NCBI GenBank assembly: GCA_964402225.1
Contig: CAYOBQ010000012.1
Span: 20,747-84,746, forward strand
DNA: 64,000 bases
Origin: an uncultured Nannocystaceae bacterium
Lineage (GTDB): Bacteria > Myxococcota_A > Bradymonadia > UBA7976 > UBA1532
Reading direction: 5' to 3'
How positions within the stretch are numbered: position 1 is the first letter of the stretch; each line of letters starts with the position of its first letter. The notes under the pieces are model-generated. The model saw nothing but the letters and a program-made list of their open reading frames with translations, ran no database searches and was not told the DNA's origin. Made by a program: the position numbers and the translations under genes. Below are positions 18,029-29,082 of the stretch, piece by piece.

Positions 18029-18936
18029 CCGCCGCCGCGCTAGCCGTCTTGCTGCTCGCGTCCCCGAACGCGGCGCTGCCCGACCACCCCGACGTGGAGG
18101 TGGCGAAGGCTGCCTACAACGGTAAACGCTACAACGAGGCGGCCCGGCGTTTCCTGGCCCTCGCGCAGCGGTGGCCCAACAACGCGGCGCTCTACCGCGC
18201 GCTGGCGCGCTCGCGCAACTTTGCAGGCGACGCCGAGGGGGCCGCCGCGGCGTACGGCTTCTACCTCGACCTCGCCAAGGGCGCCGAGGACCAGGAGAAG
18301 ATCCAGGCCGAGCTCGAGTTGGTGACGCGCAAGGCGGGGGGCGACGTGCAGCTCGGCCCGCCGGCGGAGGCGGCGACCATCCTCGAGGGGGCCCGCGCCC
18401 GGGCCGCGGCGGGTCGCTTCGCTGGGGAGTCGGGGGCCTTCGGGTCCATCGACGCGGCCCTCGAAGGCGGCTACTTCGGCCCCCGGCTCGCGGCGGTGCG
18501 CCGGGAGGTGGCCATCGAGCTCACCCGCCTCTCGAACGAGGCGATCGAGCGCTGGTGGCTGCCGGAGGCGAGGGTCTCGGAGACGGAGATGAACGGGCTG
18601 GACGCCGGTTGGGCCGACCAGACGAGTCGGCGCGATCTCACGGACGCCGAGCAGGCCACCTCCGCCGCCATTCGTGGTCTCTCGCTGGTGCGCGCCCACC
18701 AGCCCGCGGCGGCGCTGGCCGCCCTCGCGCCAGTGGCGACCGATATGGCCCCGCTGCGGTACGCGCAGGCGCTGGCGCTGATCGACGCGGGGCGCGAGGC
18801 CGAGGCGCTGCGAGTGCTAGACGCGATGCGTGGCGCCTTCGACGACCGCCGCGTCGACCTCCTGCGCGGCTTGCTTCTCGCGAAGATGGGCCAGAGCGAT
18901 CGCGCCGCGACCGCCCTCAAAGAGGTGATGGAGTAG
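18019..18936 (+). CDS. Secreted TPR-like protein
   Basis: Signal peptide; helical repeats (YNEAARRFL...LYRALAR...AAAAYGFYL); overlaps the PEGA gene stop. Confidence 0.7.
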   Translation: MAMTAAALAVLLLASPNAALPDHPDVEVAKAAYNGKRYNEAARRFLALAQRWPNNAALYRALARSRNFAGDAEGAAAAYGFYLDLAKGAEDQEKIQAELELVTRKAGGDVQLGPPAEAATILEGARARAAAGRFAGESGAFGSIDAALEGGYFGPRLAAVRREVAIELTRLSNEAIERWWLPEARVSETEMNGLDAGWADQTSRRDLTDAEQATSAAIRGLSLVRAHQPAAALAALAPVATDMAPLRYAQALALIDAGREAEALRVLDAMRGAFDDRRVDLLRGLLLAKMGQSDRAATALKEVME

Positions 18937-18940
18937 AGCG

Positions 18941-20734
<1,794 letters not shown>

Positions 20735-20769
20735 TTCACTACCTCCGACCACCTACGCCTACATTGTGG

Positions 20770-20798
20770 ACCATATCGGTGTCTTCGTCACTCTGCAA
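20770..20798 (-). promoter_or_regulatory. Putative sigma70-like promoter TTGCAG-N17-TATGGT upstream of the kinase
   Basis: Read on the minus strand in an AT-richer gap. Confidence 0.4.
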
Positions 20799-20840
20799 TG
20801 CAAAGCAACGCTCGTGCCGAATGACGGGCAGGCTCAGCCG

Positions 20841-21803
20841 CTATTCAGCGGCACGGAGCGGTGGAGGCACCGGATCGAAGTCGTCGATGGCCAAAATGCC
20901 CGCGAAACGCTCGGCCCGGTTGTCGGCGCCCGCGACTCGGCGGATGACGATGGCGAGGACGCGTCCCGGGTGCTCCTGCGCCGCGCGACGATAGATCTCG
21001 GGATCGGACTCGCCGGAGTCGCCCACGAGCACGAAACGGAGCCCTGGGTGGGCGGAGAAGACGCGACGAATGTGGCCGAGCTTGTAGCCGATCTGGTCGA
21101 AGGTCGGATCGCGGCCGAAGTTCTTCAAGAGCACCGGACCCGCGGGAAAGCCGTTTCGGCGGAGGAAGTCGAGGATGCGTGGAAGGAAGTTCTGCGGGCT
21201 TCCGCTCAGGTAGAAGACGCCTGCGAATCGCGTCCCCACCGCCGCCGCGTACGCCTTGCCCGCGCCCTCTACCGGGCGAAGCTGGGCGGCGTTGCGGAGG
21301 AGCGCCTGCTTCAACAGGCCGCGCTTGCTGGTGACGTGGCTGTGGACGACCGTGTCGTCGAAGTCGCTGAGGAGCGCGACGGCGCCGCTCGCGGGGAAGA
21401 CGTGGACGACGCCCCTGGCGGGGGGCGTCGGGTGACCGCGGTCCTCGAGCACGCGGACGCGCACGCTGTGCTGCCCCGGCTTCAAGGGTGGATTTGCGGC
21501 GCAGACGACCCGCCACACGCCGTCGTCGTCGGTCTTCACGCGGAGCTTCTGACCGGCGACGCTCACCTCGAGCAGGGCGTCCTCGATCTCGTCGGACTCG
21601 AGCCGCCGCGCGTTGTCGAGCAGGTTGCGGAGCCGCCCCGCGGACGCCCGCCCCGAGTCGACGCCCTCGTCCTCGATGAGCCGGCCGGAGATCTCGAGAC
21701 GATCGGGCGTGCCGTGACCGGGATAGACGATGAGGAGGCCGGGGTCGTCCCCCGCCCAGGCCGGCGCCGCGATGAGCAGCGACGCGGCGAGGAGCCGGGT
21801 CAA
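20841..21803 (-). CDS. App1-family phosphatidate phosphatase (DUF2183), secreted
   Basis: SDFDDTV, FYLSGSP, FVLVGDSGESDPEIY; TTG start overlaps the upstream TGA. Confidence 0.85.
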   Translation of the reverse strand: MTRLLAASLLIAAPAWAGDDPGLLIVYPGHGTPDRLEISGRLIEDEGVDSGRASAGRLRNLLDNARRLESDEIEDALLEVSVAGQKLRVKTDDDGVWRVVCAANPPLKPGQHSVRVRVLEDRGHPTPPARGVVHVFPASGAVALLSDFDDTVVHSHVTSKRGLLKQALLRNAAQLRPVEGAGKAYAAAVGTRFAGVFYLSGSPQNFLPRILDFLRRNGFPAGPVLLKNFGRDPTFDQIGYKLGHIRRVFSAHPGLRFVLVGDSGESDPEIYRRAAQEHPGRVLAIVIRRVAGADNRAERFAGILAIDDFDPVPPPLRAAE

Positions 21804-22399
21804 TAGTCTCCGAAGAGGACCGTCAGCTTCACACCGAGGGCGACGGCGACCTTGTAGAGCGAACTCACGGAGGCGCTCGACTCGGCTCTCTCGATCTGAC
21901 TGAGCAGGCTGACCGACAGCGCCGTGCGCCGCGAGAGCTGCTTGAGCGTGAGCTCCCGCTCCTTGCGAATGCGGCGGATGTTGGCGCCGATCGTCTTGTG
22001 CAGCTCGGCCTCGGGGTTGAGAAGCAGCCCCTTCTTCTTGAGGATCTCGGCGATCTTGTCGCGGAAGTCCTCGATGTCGAAGGGCTTTCTCACGTAGTCC
22101 GAGACGTCGAGCTTGAGGGCCTCGACCGCCGTCTCTACCGAGGCGTAGCCGGTGAAGACGATGATCGCGATGTCGCTATCGATCTTGCGGATGCGCTGGA
22201 TCAGCTCGATGCCGTCCATCTTCGGCATCATGAGATCGATGATGAGGAGGTGGAACTCCTCACTGCGGATCAGATCCGTCGCCTCGGTGGGGTCGGAGAG
22301 CGTCGAGACGTGGTAGCCCGCGGTCTCGAGCATCGTCTTCATGTAGTCGCAGATGTCCTGGTCGTCGTCGACGATCAGGATGTTGACTTGCCTCGCCAT
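21800..22399 (-). CDS. Response regulator, receiver + XRE helix-turn-helix
   Basis: ILIVDDD, DLMMPKMDG, KPF; C-terminal IRRIRKERELTLKQLS...LSQIER. Confidence 0.9.
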   Translation of the reverse strand: MARQVNILIVDDDQDICDYMKTMLETAGYHVSTLSDPTEATDLIRSEEFHLLIIDLMMPKMDGIELIQRIRKIDSDIAIIVFTGYASVETAVEALKLDVSDYVRKPFDIEDFRDKIAEILKKKGLLLNPEAELHKTIGANIRRIRKERELTLKQLSRRTALSVSLLSQIERAESSASVSSLYKVAVALGVKLTVLFGDY

Positions 22400-22450
22400 C
22401 GGTTCCTCCAACCGCGCCAAGCGCAACAGGAATTTCAGCCTAGCTGTATC

Positions 22451-22852
22451 TCACGTCTTCGGCTCACGCAAGAGGGCCTGCTGGGCGATCACGCCGTGGA
22501 TGCGCGCCTGGAGGTCCTTGATGCGAAACGGCTTGTTGACGAAGTCGTCGGCGCCGAGATCGACGGCGCGGACCCGCGCCTGCGGGTCCTGCATCGCGGT
22601 GACCATGATGATGGGGAGGGCCGCGGTCTTTGGGTCTGCTCTCAGCCGCCGCAGAACCTCGAAGCCATCGATGCCCGGCAGCATCACGTCGAGCAGGACC
22701 AGGTCGGGGGTCTGCGCCTCGACGGCGGCCAGCGCGCCAGCCCCATCGATCGCCGCCCGAGCGCCGTGCCCGGCGCCGCGGCAAACCTCGGTCATGAGCT
22801 TGATGTTGAAGTCGTCGTCGTCGACGACCAGCACGTCCAAGGGTTCGCTCAT
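22451..22852 (-). CDS. Single-domain response regulator
   Basis: VLVVDDD, DLVLLDVMLPGIDG, GADDFVNKPF; TGATG overlap with dnaB. Confidence 0.9.
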   Translation of the reverse strand: MSEPLDVLVVDDDDFNIKLMTEVCRGAGHGARAAIDGAGALAAVEAQTPDLVLLDVMLPGIDGFEVLRRLRADPKTAALPIIMVTAMQDPQARVRAVDLGADDFVNKPFRIKDLQARIHGVIAQQALLREPKT

Positions 22853-24180
22853 CAGGAGTCGGGCTGGAGGTTGTCGAAGCGCGTCCACTGCTTCGTGAAC
22901 TTCAGCTTCGCGGTGCCCGTCGACCCGCTTCGGTTCTTCCCGACGATGACCTCGGCCAGACCCGCGTCCTCCGAGTCCTCGTTGTAGTAGTCGTCCCGGT
23001 ACACGAACATGATGATGTCCGCGTCCTGCTCGATTGCGCCAGACTCACGTAGATCGCTGAGCAATGGCCGTTTGTTCGGGCGGCTCTCCACCCCGCGGTT
23101 GAGCTGCGAGAGCGCGACGACGGGCACCTCGAGCTCCTTGGCGAGGCCCTTGAGGTTTCGACTGATGTCGCTGATCTGCTGCTCCCGGCTGTGGATGTGG
23201 GGCGGGCCCTTCATGAGCTGGAGGTAGTCGATCAGGATAAGCCCCAGCGGGGCGATGGACTTGTCGCTGGCCAGCCGCCGGCACTTCGAGCGCGCCTCCA
23301 TCACCGTGATCGCCGGCGTGTCGTCGATGAAGACGGGCCAGTCCTGCATGCGTTTGAAACCCTGGAGGATGCGGTCGATGTCCCCCTCCGTGAGCTGGCC
23401 ATTGCGCATTCGCTCCGAGTCGATGCGCGACTCGGAGGCGAGCATCCGCGCCCCGAGCTGCACGGTGGGCATCTCCAGGCTGAACAGCGCCACGCTGATG
23501 CCGCCGAGGGAGGCCGCGTTGGTGGCCAGGTTGAGGGCCAGCGCCGTCTTCCCCATGGCCGGCCGTGCCGCGAGGATGATGAGGTCGCCGCCCTGGAGCC
23601 CGGACGTCATCTTGTCGAGCAGGTAGAAGCCCGTCGGCACGCCCGTCACGGCGCGCTTCTCCTCGTAGGCGCGCTTCACCCTCTCGACCACCCGCTTGAG
23701 CGCCTCGCTCATGCCGGTGAACTGCTTGCGGGTGCGCGTCTGGCCGATCTCGAAGACCGCCTGCTGCGCCTCGTCGAAGAGCCGGTGGGTGTCCTCGTAG
23801 TCGCCGCCTTGCGCGCGCTCCACGATGCCCGCACAGACCTGGACGAGTCGGCGCGTGTCGGCGGCCTCTCGGACGATGCGAGCGTGGTGCTCGATGTTGA
23901 CCGCGGTGGCGGTCGCCTGGCTCAGCGTGAGGAGGTAGTCACGCCCGCCAGCGTCTTCTAGCTCGCCCGCTTGCTCGAGGGCGGTCGCCAGGGTGACCGC
24001 GTCGAGGGGCTGCTGCTGGTGCTGCAGCGCAACCATGTGCTTGAAGACGTGGCGGTTGCGGAGCGCGAAGAAGTCGTCGGCGCCGAGGACGCCGGCGACG
24101 AGGTCGAAGACGCCGTTATCGAGCAGGATGCCGCCCAGCACGCTGAGCTCGGCCTCCTGGGCCTCCAGGTGCCGCGACAT
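22852..24180 (-). CDS. dnaB: Replicative DNA helicase
   Basis: AARPAMGKT, FSLEM, IDYLQLM, LSQLNR, SDLRESGAIEQDAD. Confidence 0.97.
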   Translation of the reverse strand: MSRHLEAQEAELSVLGGILLDNGVFDLVAGVLGADDFFALRNRHVFKHMVALQHQQQPLDAVTLATALEQAGELEDAGGRDYLLTLSQATATAVNIEHHARIVREAADTRRLVQVCAGIVERAQGGDYEDTHRLFDEAQQAVFEIGQTRTRKQFTGMSEALKRVVERVKRAYEEKRAVTGVPTGFYLLDKMTSGLQGGDLIILAARPAMGKTALALNLATNAASLGGISVALFSLEMPTVQLGARMLASESRIDSERMRNGQLTEGDIDRILQGFKRMQDWPVFIDDTPAITVMEARSKCRRLASDKSIAPLGLILIDYLQLMKGPPHIHSREQQISDISRNLKGLAKELEVPVVALSQLNRGVESRPNKRPLLSDLRESGAIEQDADIIMFVYRDDYYNEDSEDAGLAEVIVGKNRSGSTGTAKLKFTKQWTRFDNLQPDS

Positions 24181-24217
24181 GCGCCTCGCTCCATGATGTG
24201 AGTCCCAGGGGAGGACT

Positions 24218-24667
24218 CTACTCGGTCTTGGCCTCGACCTTCACGTTCACCGTGACGACGACGTCGCGATGGAACTTGATGGGCACGTCGTACTCACCCA
24301 GCGACTTGATGTGCTCGCTGAGCTGGATCTCGCGACGGCTCACCTCGAAGCCGCGCTCCTTGAGCATCGCCTCGATGTCCATGCTCGTCACCGAGCCAAA
24401 GAGCTTGTCGTTCTCGCCCGCCGCTCGCTGGAACTTGAGCTTCACGCCGAAGAGACGGTCGCCGCGGCCCTGCGCGTCGGTGCGCAGCTTGGCGACCTTG
24501 GACTCGATGACGCGCTTCTCGTGTTCGACCCGCTTGACCTGACGCGTGTCGGCCATGACGGCCTTCCCACGTGGGAACAGGTAGTTGCGGGCGTAGCCGG
24601 CCTTGACGTTGACGATGTCACCGACCTCACCGAGGTGGGCCACTTCATCGCGTAGGATAACCTGCAC
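24218..24667 (-). CDS. rplI: 50S ribosomal protein L9
   Basis: VKAGYARNYLFP, KLFGSVT, IKSLGEY. Confidence 0.97.
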   Translation of the reverse strand: MQVILRDEVAHLGEVGDIVNVKAGYARNYLFPRGKAVMADTRQVKRVEHEKRVIESKVAKLRTDAQGRGDRLFGVKLKFQRAAGENDKLFGSVTSMDIEAMLKERGFEVSRREIQLSEHIKSLGEYDVPIKFHRDVVVTVNVKVEAKTE

Positions 24668-24677
24668 GGTGACCTCC

Positions 24678-24923
24678 TCAGTGCGCCTTGACGGTGGTGA
24701 ACGGCATCAGCGCCACCATCCGTGCGCGCTTGATCGCCTGGGTGATCTTGCGCTGGTTCTTCGCGCACAAGCCGGAGACGCGCCGCGGCACGATCTTCCC
24801 ACGCTCGGTGATGAAGTACTTGAGGATCGACGGGTCCTTGTAGTCGATCACCAGCGTCTTGTCGGCCAGGAAGCGGTCGACCTTGCGGCGCCTGCCGCGG
24901 CTGCCGAAGCGGACGTTACGCAT
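24678..24923 (-). CDS. rpsR: 30S ribosomal protein S18
   Basis: IDYKD...[15 protein letters not shown]...AIKRAR. Confidence 0.97.
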   Translation of the reverse strand: MRNVRFGSRGRRRKVDRFLADKTLVIDYKDPSILKYFITERGKIVPRRVSGLCAKNQRKITQAIKRARMVALMPFTTVKAH

Positions 24924-25449
24924 CGTCGGCCTCCTTCTTCTCACTCTCGGGGGTCTCGGGCTCGGGCGCTGCCTCGACGGCGGGCTCGGGCTCGGGCGCT
25001 GCTTCGACGACGGCCGCTGCCTCGACAGCGGGCGCCGCCTCGGCGGCTGGCTCGGCCTCGGGCGCTGCCTCGGCGGCGGGCTCGGGGGCGTCCTCCGGCC
25101 GCAGCGGCAGGGGCTCGCCGAGCAGCGAGAGGTGGTCGGGATCGATCCCGTCCTCCAGCTTGATGTGCTGCCAGCGGACGCAGTTGTCGAGCATGCGCAA
25201 CACGCGCTCGACCTCGGCGGTCGCGCCCGGCTTCGTCACGTAGACGAGGTAGAAGTAGTACGCCTTGGAGTGCTTGCGGATCTCGTAGGCGAGCTTCCGC
25301 TTGCCCCACTCCTCACGCTTGAGGAGCGTGGCGCCGTACTCTTCCAGGACGTTGGTGACGCGACCGGCGATGCGCTCGCGCTCAGCCTCTTCGGCCTCCG
25401 GCTGTACGAGGTAGATCAGCTCGTACTTGCGGAGCTTGGCGTTGGCCAT
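24916..25449 (-). CDS. rpsF: 30S ribosomal protein S6 with Pro/Ala/Glu-rich tail
   Basis: [17 protein letters not shown]. Confidence 0.96.
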   Translation of the reverse strand: MANAKLRKYELIYLVQPEAEEAERERIAGRVTNVLEEYGATLLKREEWGKRKLAYEIRKHSKAYYFYLVYVTKPGATAEVERVLRMLDNCVRWQHIKLEDGIDPDHLSLLGEPLPLRPEDAPEPAAEAAPEAEPAAEAAPAVEAAAVVEAAPEPEPAVEAAPEPETPESEKKEADDA

Positions 25450-25456
25450 GTTGGCA

Positions 25457-25503
25457 CTCCCTGTGGGTTGTGCAGCCCGCGACTCAAGGCCGCGAGCAGG
25501 GAG
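25457..25503 (-). promoter_or_regulatory. Probable rpsF (S6:S18) leader RNA
   Basis: CUCCCU pairs with the SD-containing AGGGAG around an inner hairpin gcucgcggc/gucgcgggc; matches the known architecture of S6:S18 leaders. Confidence 0.6.
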
Positions 25504-25535
25504 GTTTCAGATTTCGGGTGGCGAACTCTAGGGAC

Positions 25536-27212
25536 TCACGAGCCGGAGGTCAAGGGCGGACCGCGCCAGCTCAGGCCGAGGCCCTCGACGAAGGCCCGCT
25601 CCTTCTGAAGCAACCGAGAGCGCCTGCATTCGAGGAGTGCCTTCACGGCGCCTCGGTCGTCGACCTCGATTCCAATGCCGTTGAGAAGAGTCTCTTGTCG
25701 AGAGTCGCTGGGGAGCAGGCCCTGTTGACCACCGCTGCTGACCGCCGCGCGGTCACGGAGGGCCTTCCTGAGCTCGACCAAACGGCCCACGCGCGACTCG
25801 ATCACCAGATTGAACCACTTTGACCGACCGAGCTTCGGCTCGAGCGTCCCGACCGACGCGGCCCCGCTGGCGAGAGCGGTATGGGCGGGGCCGTCCGGCG
25901 CGCCTTGGTCAGCGCGGTTGGCCATCTGGAGGACGCAGGCCCGCGAGCGAGCCGCCCGAAAGTCGAAGCGCGTAGCCTCCTCAATCTGCTGTGTGGTGTC
26001 CCGCCGCATCGCCTCCCAACCACCGCCGGTGAGCATGTCCGAGAGCGCCTGCGTCGCGCGGTCGACCACCGCCGCGTTGATTCCTGCGAAGACCCCGCCG
26101 TAGGTCGTCAGCCAGAACCAGCGCGTGAGTGCCTCCGTCGCCTGCGGGGAGAACGCCACGGGATCGCCGCGACCGGCCTCGATCGCGAGGATGAGGAGTT
26201 GCCAGGAGTACGGGAGGATGGCCGGGCCGTGGACACCGATGCTGCGAAGGAAGCTGACCCCGGCCTTCAGCCCGTGCCCCGCTCGGAGGATGATCTCCGG
26301 ATTCTCCTTGAGGTCCGTCGCCAAGCCCCTGATGTCCAGCCTCGTTGGGTGCTGTGATGTCTTTCCGAGGCCGCCGCGAAGGAGGCCCGCGCACACCCGC
26401 AACATGTCCATATCGCTGATGTTCCCCCAGCCCTCCGGCTCGAGAAGCTCGCCGCGGACTCTCGCGAACTCGGCTTGGGGGTCGAAGCTGTCGGTGTAGG
26501 CCAGGGCGGTCACCATGTGGAAGGGGCTCATCGGTGTCCCCCCGCTGTTGATCCGCTGGAAGCTCTCCGTCGCCTGGTCCAAGGACTCCGTCACCAAGGA
26601 CGCCACCGGCACGCTGTATTCACGGAAGCGGTCACGCAGGCTGTCCGCACGCGCTACCTCGGTGTCCGTGAGCTCCGCTTCTTCACGAATCCACTTGTTG
26701 AGTTGCACCCGGTCAAGGGCCAGCTCCATAGGGATCTGCCGGGGGCCTGGGCGCTCTCCGGGCTTGAGCAGGAGGAACCGGTCTCGTCGGGGTGTCGGCG
26801 ATGGCGCGCCTGCCTCTTCGTCCGAGACATCGAAGACCCAGCGTTCTTCCAAGGGCGGGGCCGTCGCGGGCGTGTGACCCTGTAGGCTAGGACCCACGAT
26901 CGCGATGAGCGTGGACAGCCGTTGGTGACCATCGAGCACCAGGCGAAGCCGCTGACCTCCTGGCGGGTCGGGGACTCGAGCACCACCGACGGCCCCGAGG
27001 ACCTCGACCTTCTCCTTCGTCGACCACAGCAAGATGGTCCCGATGGGGTAGCCGCGGTGGATGCTGTCGAGCAGCTCGCCCCGTTGCTCGGGCTTCCAGC
27101 TCACCTCCGTGCCCGGACGCTGAAATCGCGGCACCTGGATCTCGCCGCGCAGGAGCTCCTCCAAGAGGCGGTAGAGAGGATAGATCGTGGGTTGATTCTC
27201 GTAGAAGGGCAT
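25536..27212 (-). CDS. DUF262 (GmrS/ParB-like NTPase) domain protein
   Basis: VPRFQR, LLDSIHRGYPIGTILLW, VLDGHQRL, FQRINSGG; no intact HNH motif seen at the C-terminus. Confidence 0.88.
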   Translation of the reverse strand: MPFYENQPTIYPLYRLLEELLRGEIQVPRFQRPGTEVSWKPEQRGELLDSIHRGYPIGTILLWSTKEKVEVLGAVGGARVPDPPGGQRLRLVLDGHQRLSTLIAIVGPSLQGHTPATAPPLEERWVFDVSDEEAGAPSPTPRRDRFLLLKPGERPGPRQIPMELALDRVQLNKWIREEAELTDTEVARADSLRDRFREYSVPVASLVTESLDQATESFQRINSGGTPMSPFHMVTALAYTDSFDPQAEFARVRGELLEPEGWGNISDMDMLRVCAGLLRGGLGKTSQHPTRLDIRGLATDLKENPEIILRAGHGLKAGVSFLRSIGVHGPAILPYSWQLLILAIEAGRGDPVAFSPQATEALTRWFWLTTYGGVFAGINAAVVDRATQALSDMLTGGGWEAMRRDTTQQIEEATRFDFRAARSRACVLQMANRADQGAPDGPAHTALASGAASVGTLEPKLGRSKWFNLVIESRVGRLVELRKALRDRAAVSSGGQQGLLPSDSRQETLLNGIGIEVDDRGAVKALLECRRSRLLQKERAFVEGLGLSWRGPPLTSGS

Positions 27213-27228
27213 GGTCCAGCCGACGTGT

Positions 27229-27818
27229 TCAGGTGAAGGAGGCGATGGTCTCGGCGAGTGCTGTCATCTCGGGCCAGGAACCATCCTTCTCGAACCAGGC
27301 GTCGTTCCAGTCGAGCTTGTGCTCCAAGAAGTCGTTCTTGAACCAGCTCCCCGCCTTGGCCTGCGGTCGCGGTCGCAGACCACGAAATGCGAGACCCGCC
27401 AGCTCTCTGGCCCCAGACCGAGCGGATCTTCGGAGCCGCCGCTGGCAGAGTGCTCGATGAGCCGAGGCAGGTCGCCACCACCACCGTGCTCGAGCTGCAC
27501 CCGGCCCGCGGGCAATCGGTTCGTGTCGGCAGGGTTCAGCTCTCCCACCACCATGACGACGGCTGCACCCCGCGTCACCGCATGGGCGCCGAGATTCCGT
27601 AGGGCTTCTCGCAACCATCGGACCTCGCCTCCGAGGTCGCGCCCCAGCCGCTTGGTCCACTCATCGACGAGGATCGACTCCTCCGAGGCGACCCCATTGG
27701 GGTCATCGACGACCCACAGCGTATGCCCCCGCATGGCGCCCGCCCGCAGGAGCGCGACCAAGTCGGCGTCTCTGGCCGCTCCCGCACGAAAGAGCGCTGC
27801 ATCGACGAGGAAGATCAT
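27229..27818 (-). pseudogene. Disrupted ATPase-partner gene (possible TOPRIM-like effector)
   Basis: ATGA-coupled to the ATPase; LEHGGG and FVVCDRD motifs; a protein-like C-terminus (SWFKNDFLE...AETIASFT) is in a different frame after ~27365. Confidence 0.6.
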
Positions 27819-29044
27819 GTGCGCCCCAGCGTCTCCCAACGCGCCTCGAACAGCCTGCGCGAGAGCTTCTGTTCGTCCTCGAAGGAGTCCGCTTCCCAAC
27901 CCTCCAAGGTCCCATCGCGCTGGACCTCGATCCGGCGAACGCTTGCAGCTTGGTCGTCCGGGCCGCGAGATACCCAATGCAGCGCGACGTCGTCAGGTTG
28001 CAACTGGCGCGTAGCGAGCGCCAGTTGCAGGCAACGGAGGATGTAGACGGAGTGGGTCTCGAGGACCACCGGAATGCCCGCCTTGGAGAGCTCGATCAAG
28101 CGCTCGAAGAGAGGCTCTTGCAGACTTGGGTGCAGCCGCGCCTCGGGCTCCTCGATCGCCAGCATCGTGGGGCTGTTCGATATCCGCTCCTGCGCCCAGT
28201 ACGAGCAGAGAAGAACCGGCAAGAGCCATCGCATGCCCTCCCCAGCGAGGTAGAGCGGTAGCGACTCACCTCCGCCGCGTCGCAACCTGAACTCGTGCTC
28301 GCCCTTGCTGTTCTTCGAGACCTCGACGGACTCCCCCAACTCGTCGCGCGCCCGCAGCCATTCGGACGCATGCTCGAGCAACGGCTTGTGCTCACTCAAC
28401 GCCTTCGCCAGATCACGCCCATCGGGAGCGCAGCAGCGACTCGCGCGGGGAGCCGCGCCGCTGGCCGACTTGGAGGCCGCCAACCATTGAATCCGTTCGA
28501 GGGGCGCGAGCGCGGGCCGGATCCGGTCCAGGTCCTTTTTCGCCCGCGGCGGCAGGCCACGAGGCAACATCGACTCGAAGTGGAGTGGGCCGCTCCAGGG
28601 GCTGCCTGCGCTCTTGCCCCGGTAGTCTGCGTGAAACTCGTGAGGCGTCCGATTGGGGTTTCCGTCCCAAGACACCGCGAATTGCGGCGCTTCGGCGGCG
28701 CCGATGTGTACCCGGTTGGGTACCAGTCCACCGTCGTCAGTGAGCTGCAGCTCCAAGTGCGGCCCGGCGGGGAGGCCGACTCTGAGACGAGGACTGCCCG
28801 AGGGTCCCGGTCCCAGCCAGCCAAGCTCCTTGAACGTAGCACCGAGGAGGGCCGCCGAGCTCAGATCAAGACCCGGCGCTTGGCCGTAGATCGAATCGGC
28901 CAGCAAGGGGAGCAAGCGAAGCAGGGTGCTCTTGCCCGCCTGATTGCGCCCGTAGAGCAGCGTGAGTGGCCGCACCGTGAACTCGCTCACGTCGCGGAAC
29001 GCGCGAAAGCCGGCGACCTGAATGACGAGCGGGTTCACGGGCAT
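27815..29044 (-). CDS. ABC/AAA_21-type ATPase with DUF3696-like C-terminus
   Basis: GFRAF, Walker A GRNQAGKS, GEG signature region, Walker B IEEPEARLHP, H-loop ETHS. Confidence 0.88.
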   Translation of the reverse strand: MPVNPLVIQVAGFRAFRDVSEFTVRPLTLLYGRNQAGKSTLLRLLPLLADSIYGQAPGLDLSSAALLGATFKELGWLGPGPSGSPRLRVGLPAGPHLELQLTDDGGLVPNRVHIGAAEAPQFAVSWDGNPNRTPHEFHADYRGKSAGSPWSGPLHFESMLPRGLPPRAKKDLDRIRPALAPLERIQWLAASKSASGAAPRASRCCAPDGRDLAKALSEHKPLLEHASEWLRARDELGESVEVSKNSKGEHEFRLRRGGGESLPLYLAGEGMRWLLPVLLCSYWAQERISNSPTMLAIEEPEARLHPSLQEPLFERLIELSKAGIPVVLETHSVYILRCLQLALATRQLQPDDVALHWVSRGPDDQAASVRRIEVQRDGTLEGWEADSFEDEQKLSRRLFEARWETLGRT

Positions 29045-29082
29045 CGGGAGACCAGCGTCCTCGAATGGTGCGCTGGATCCTC

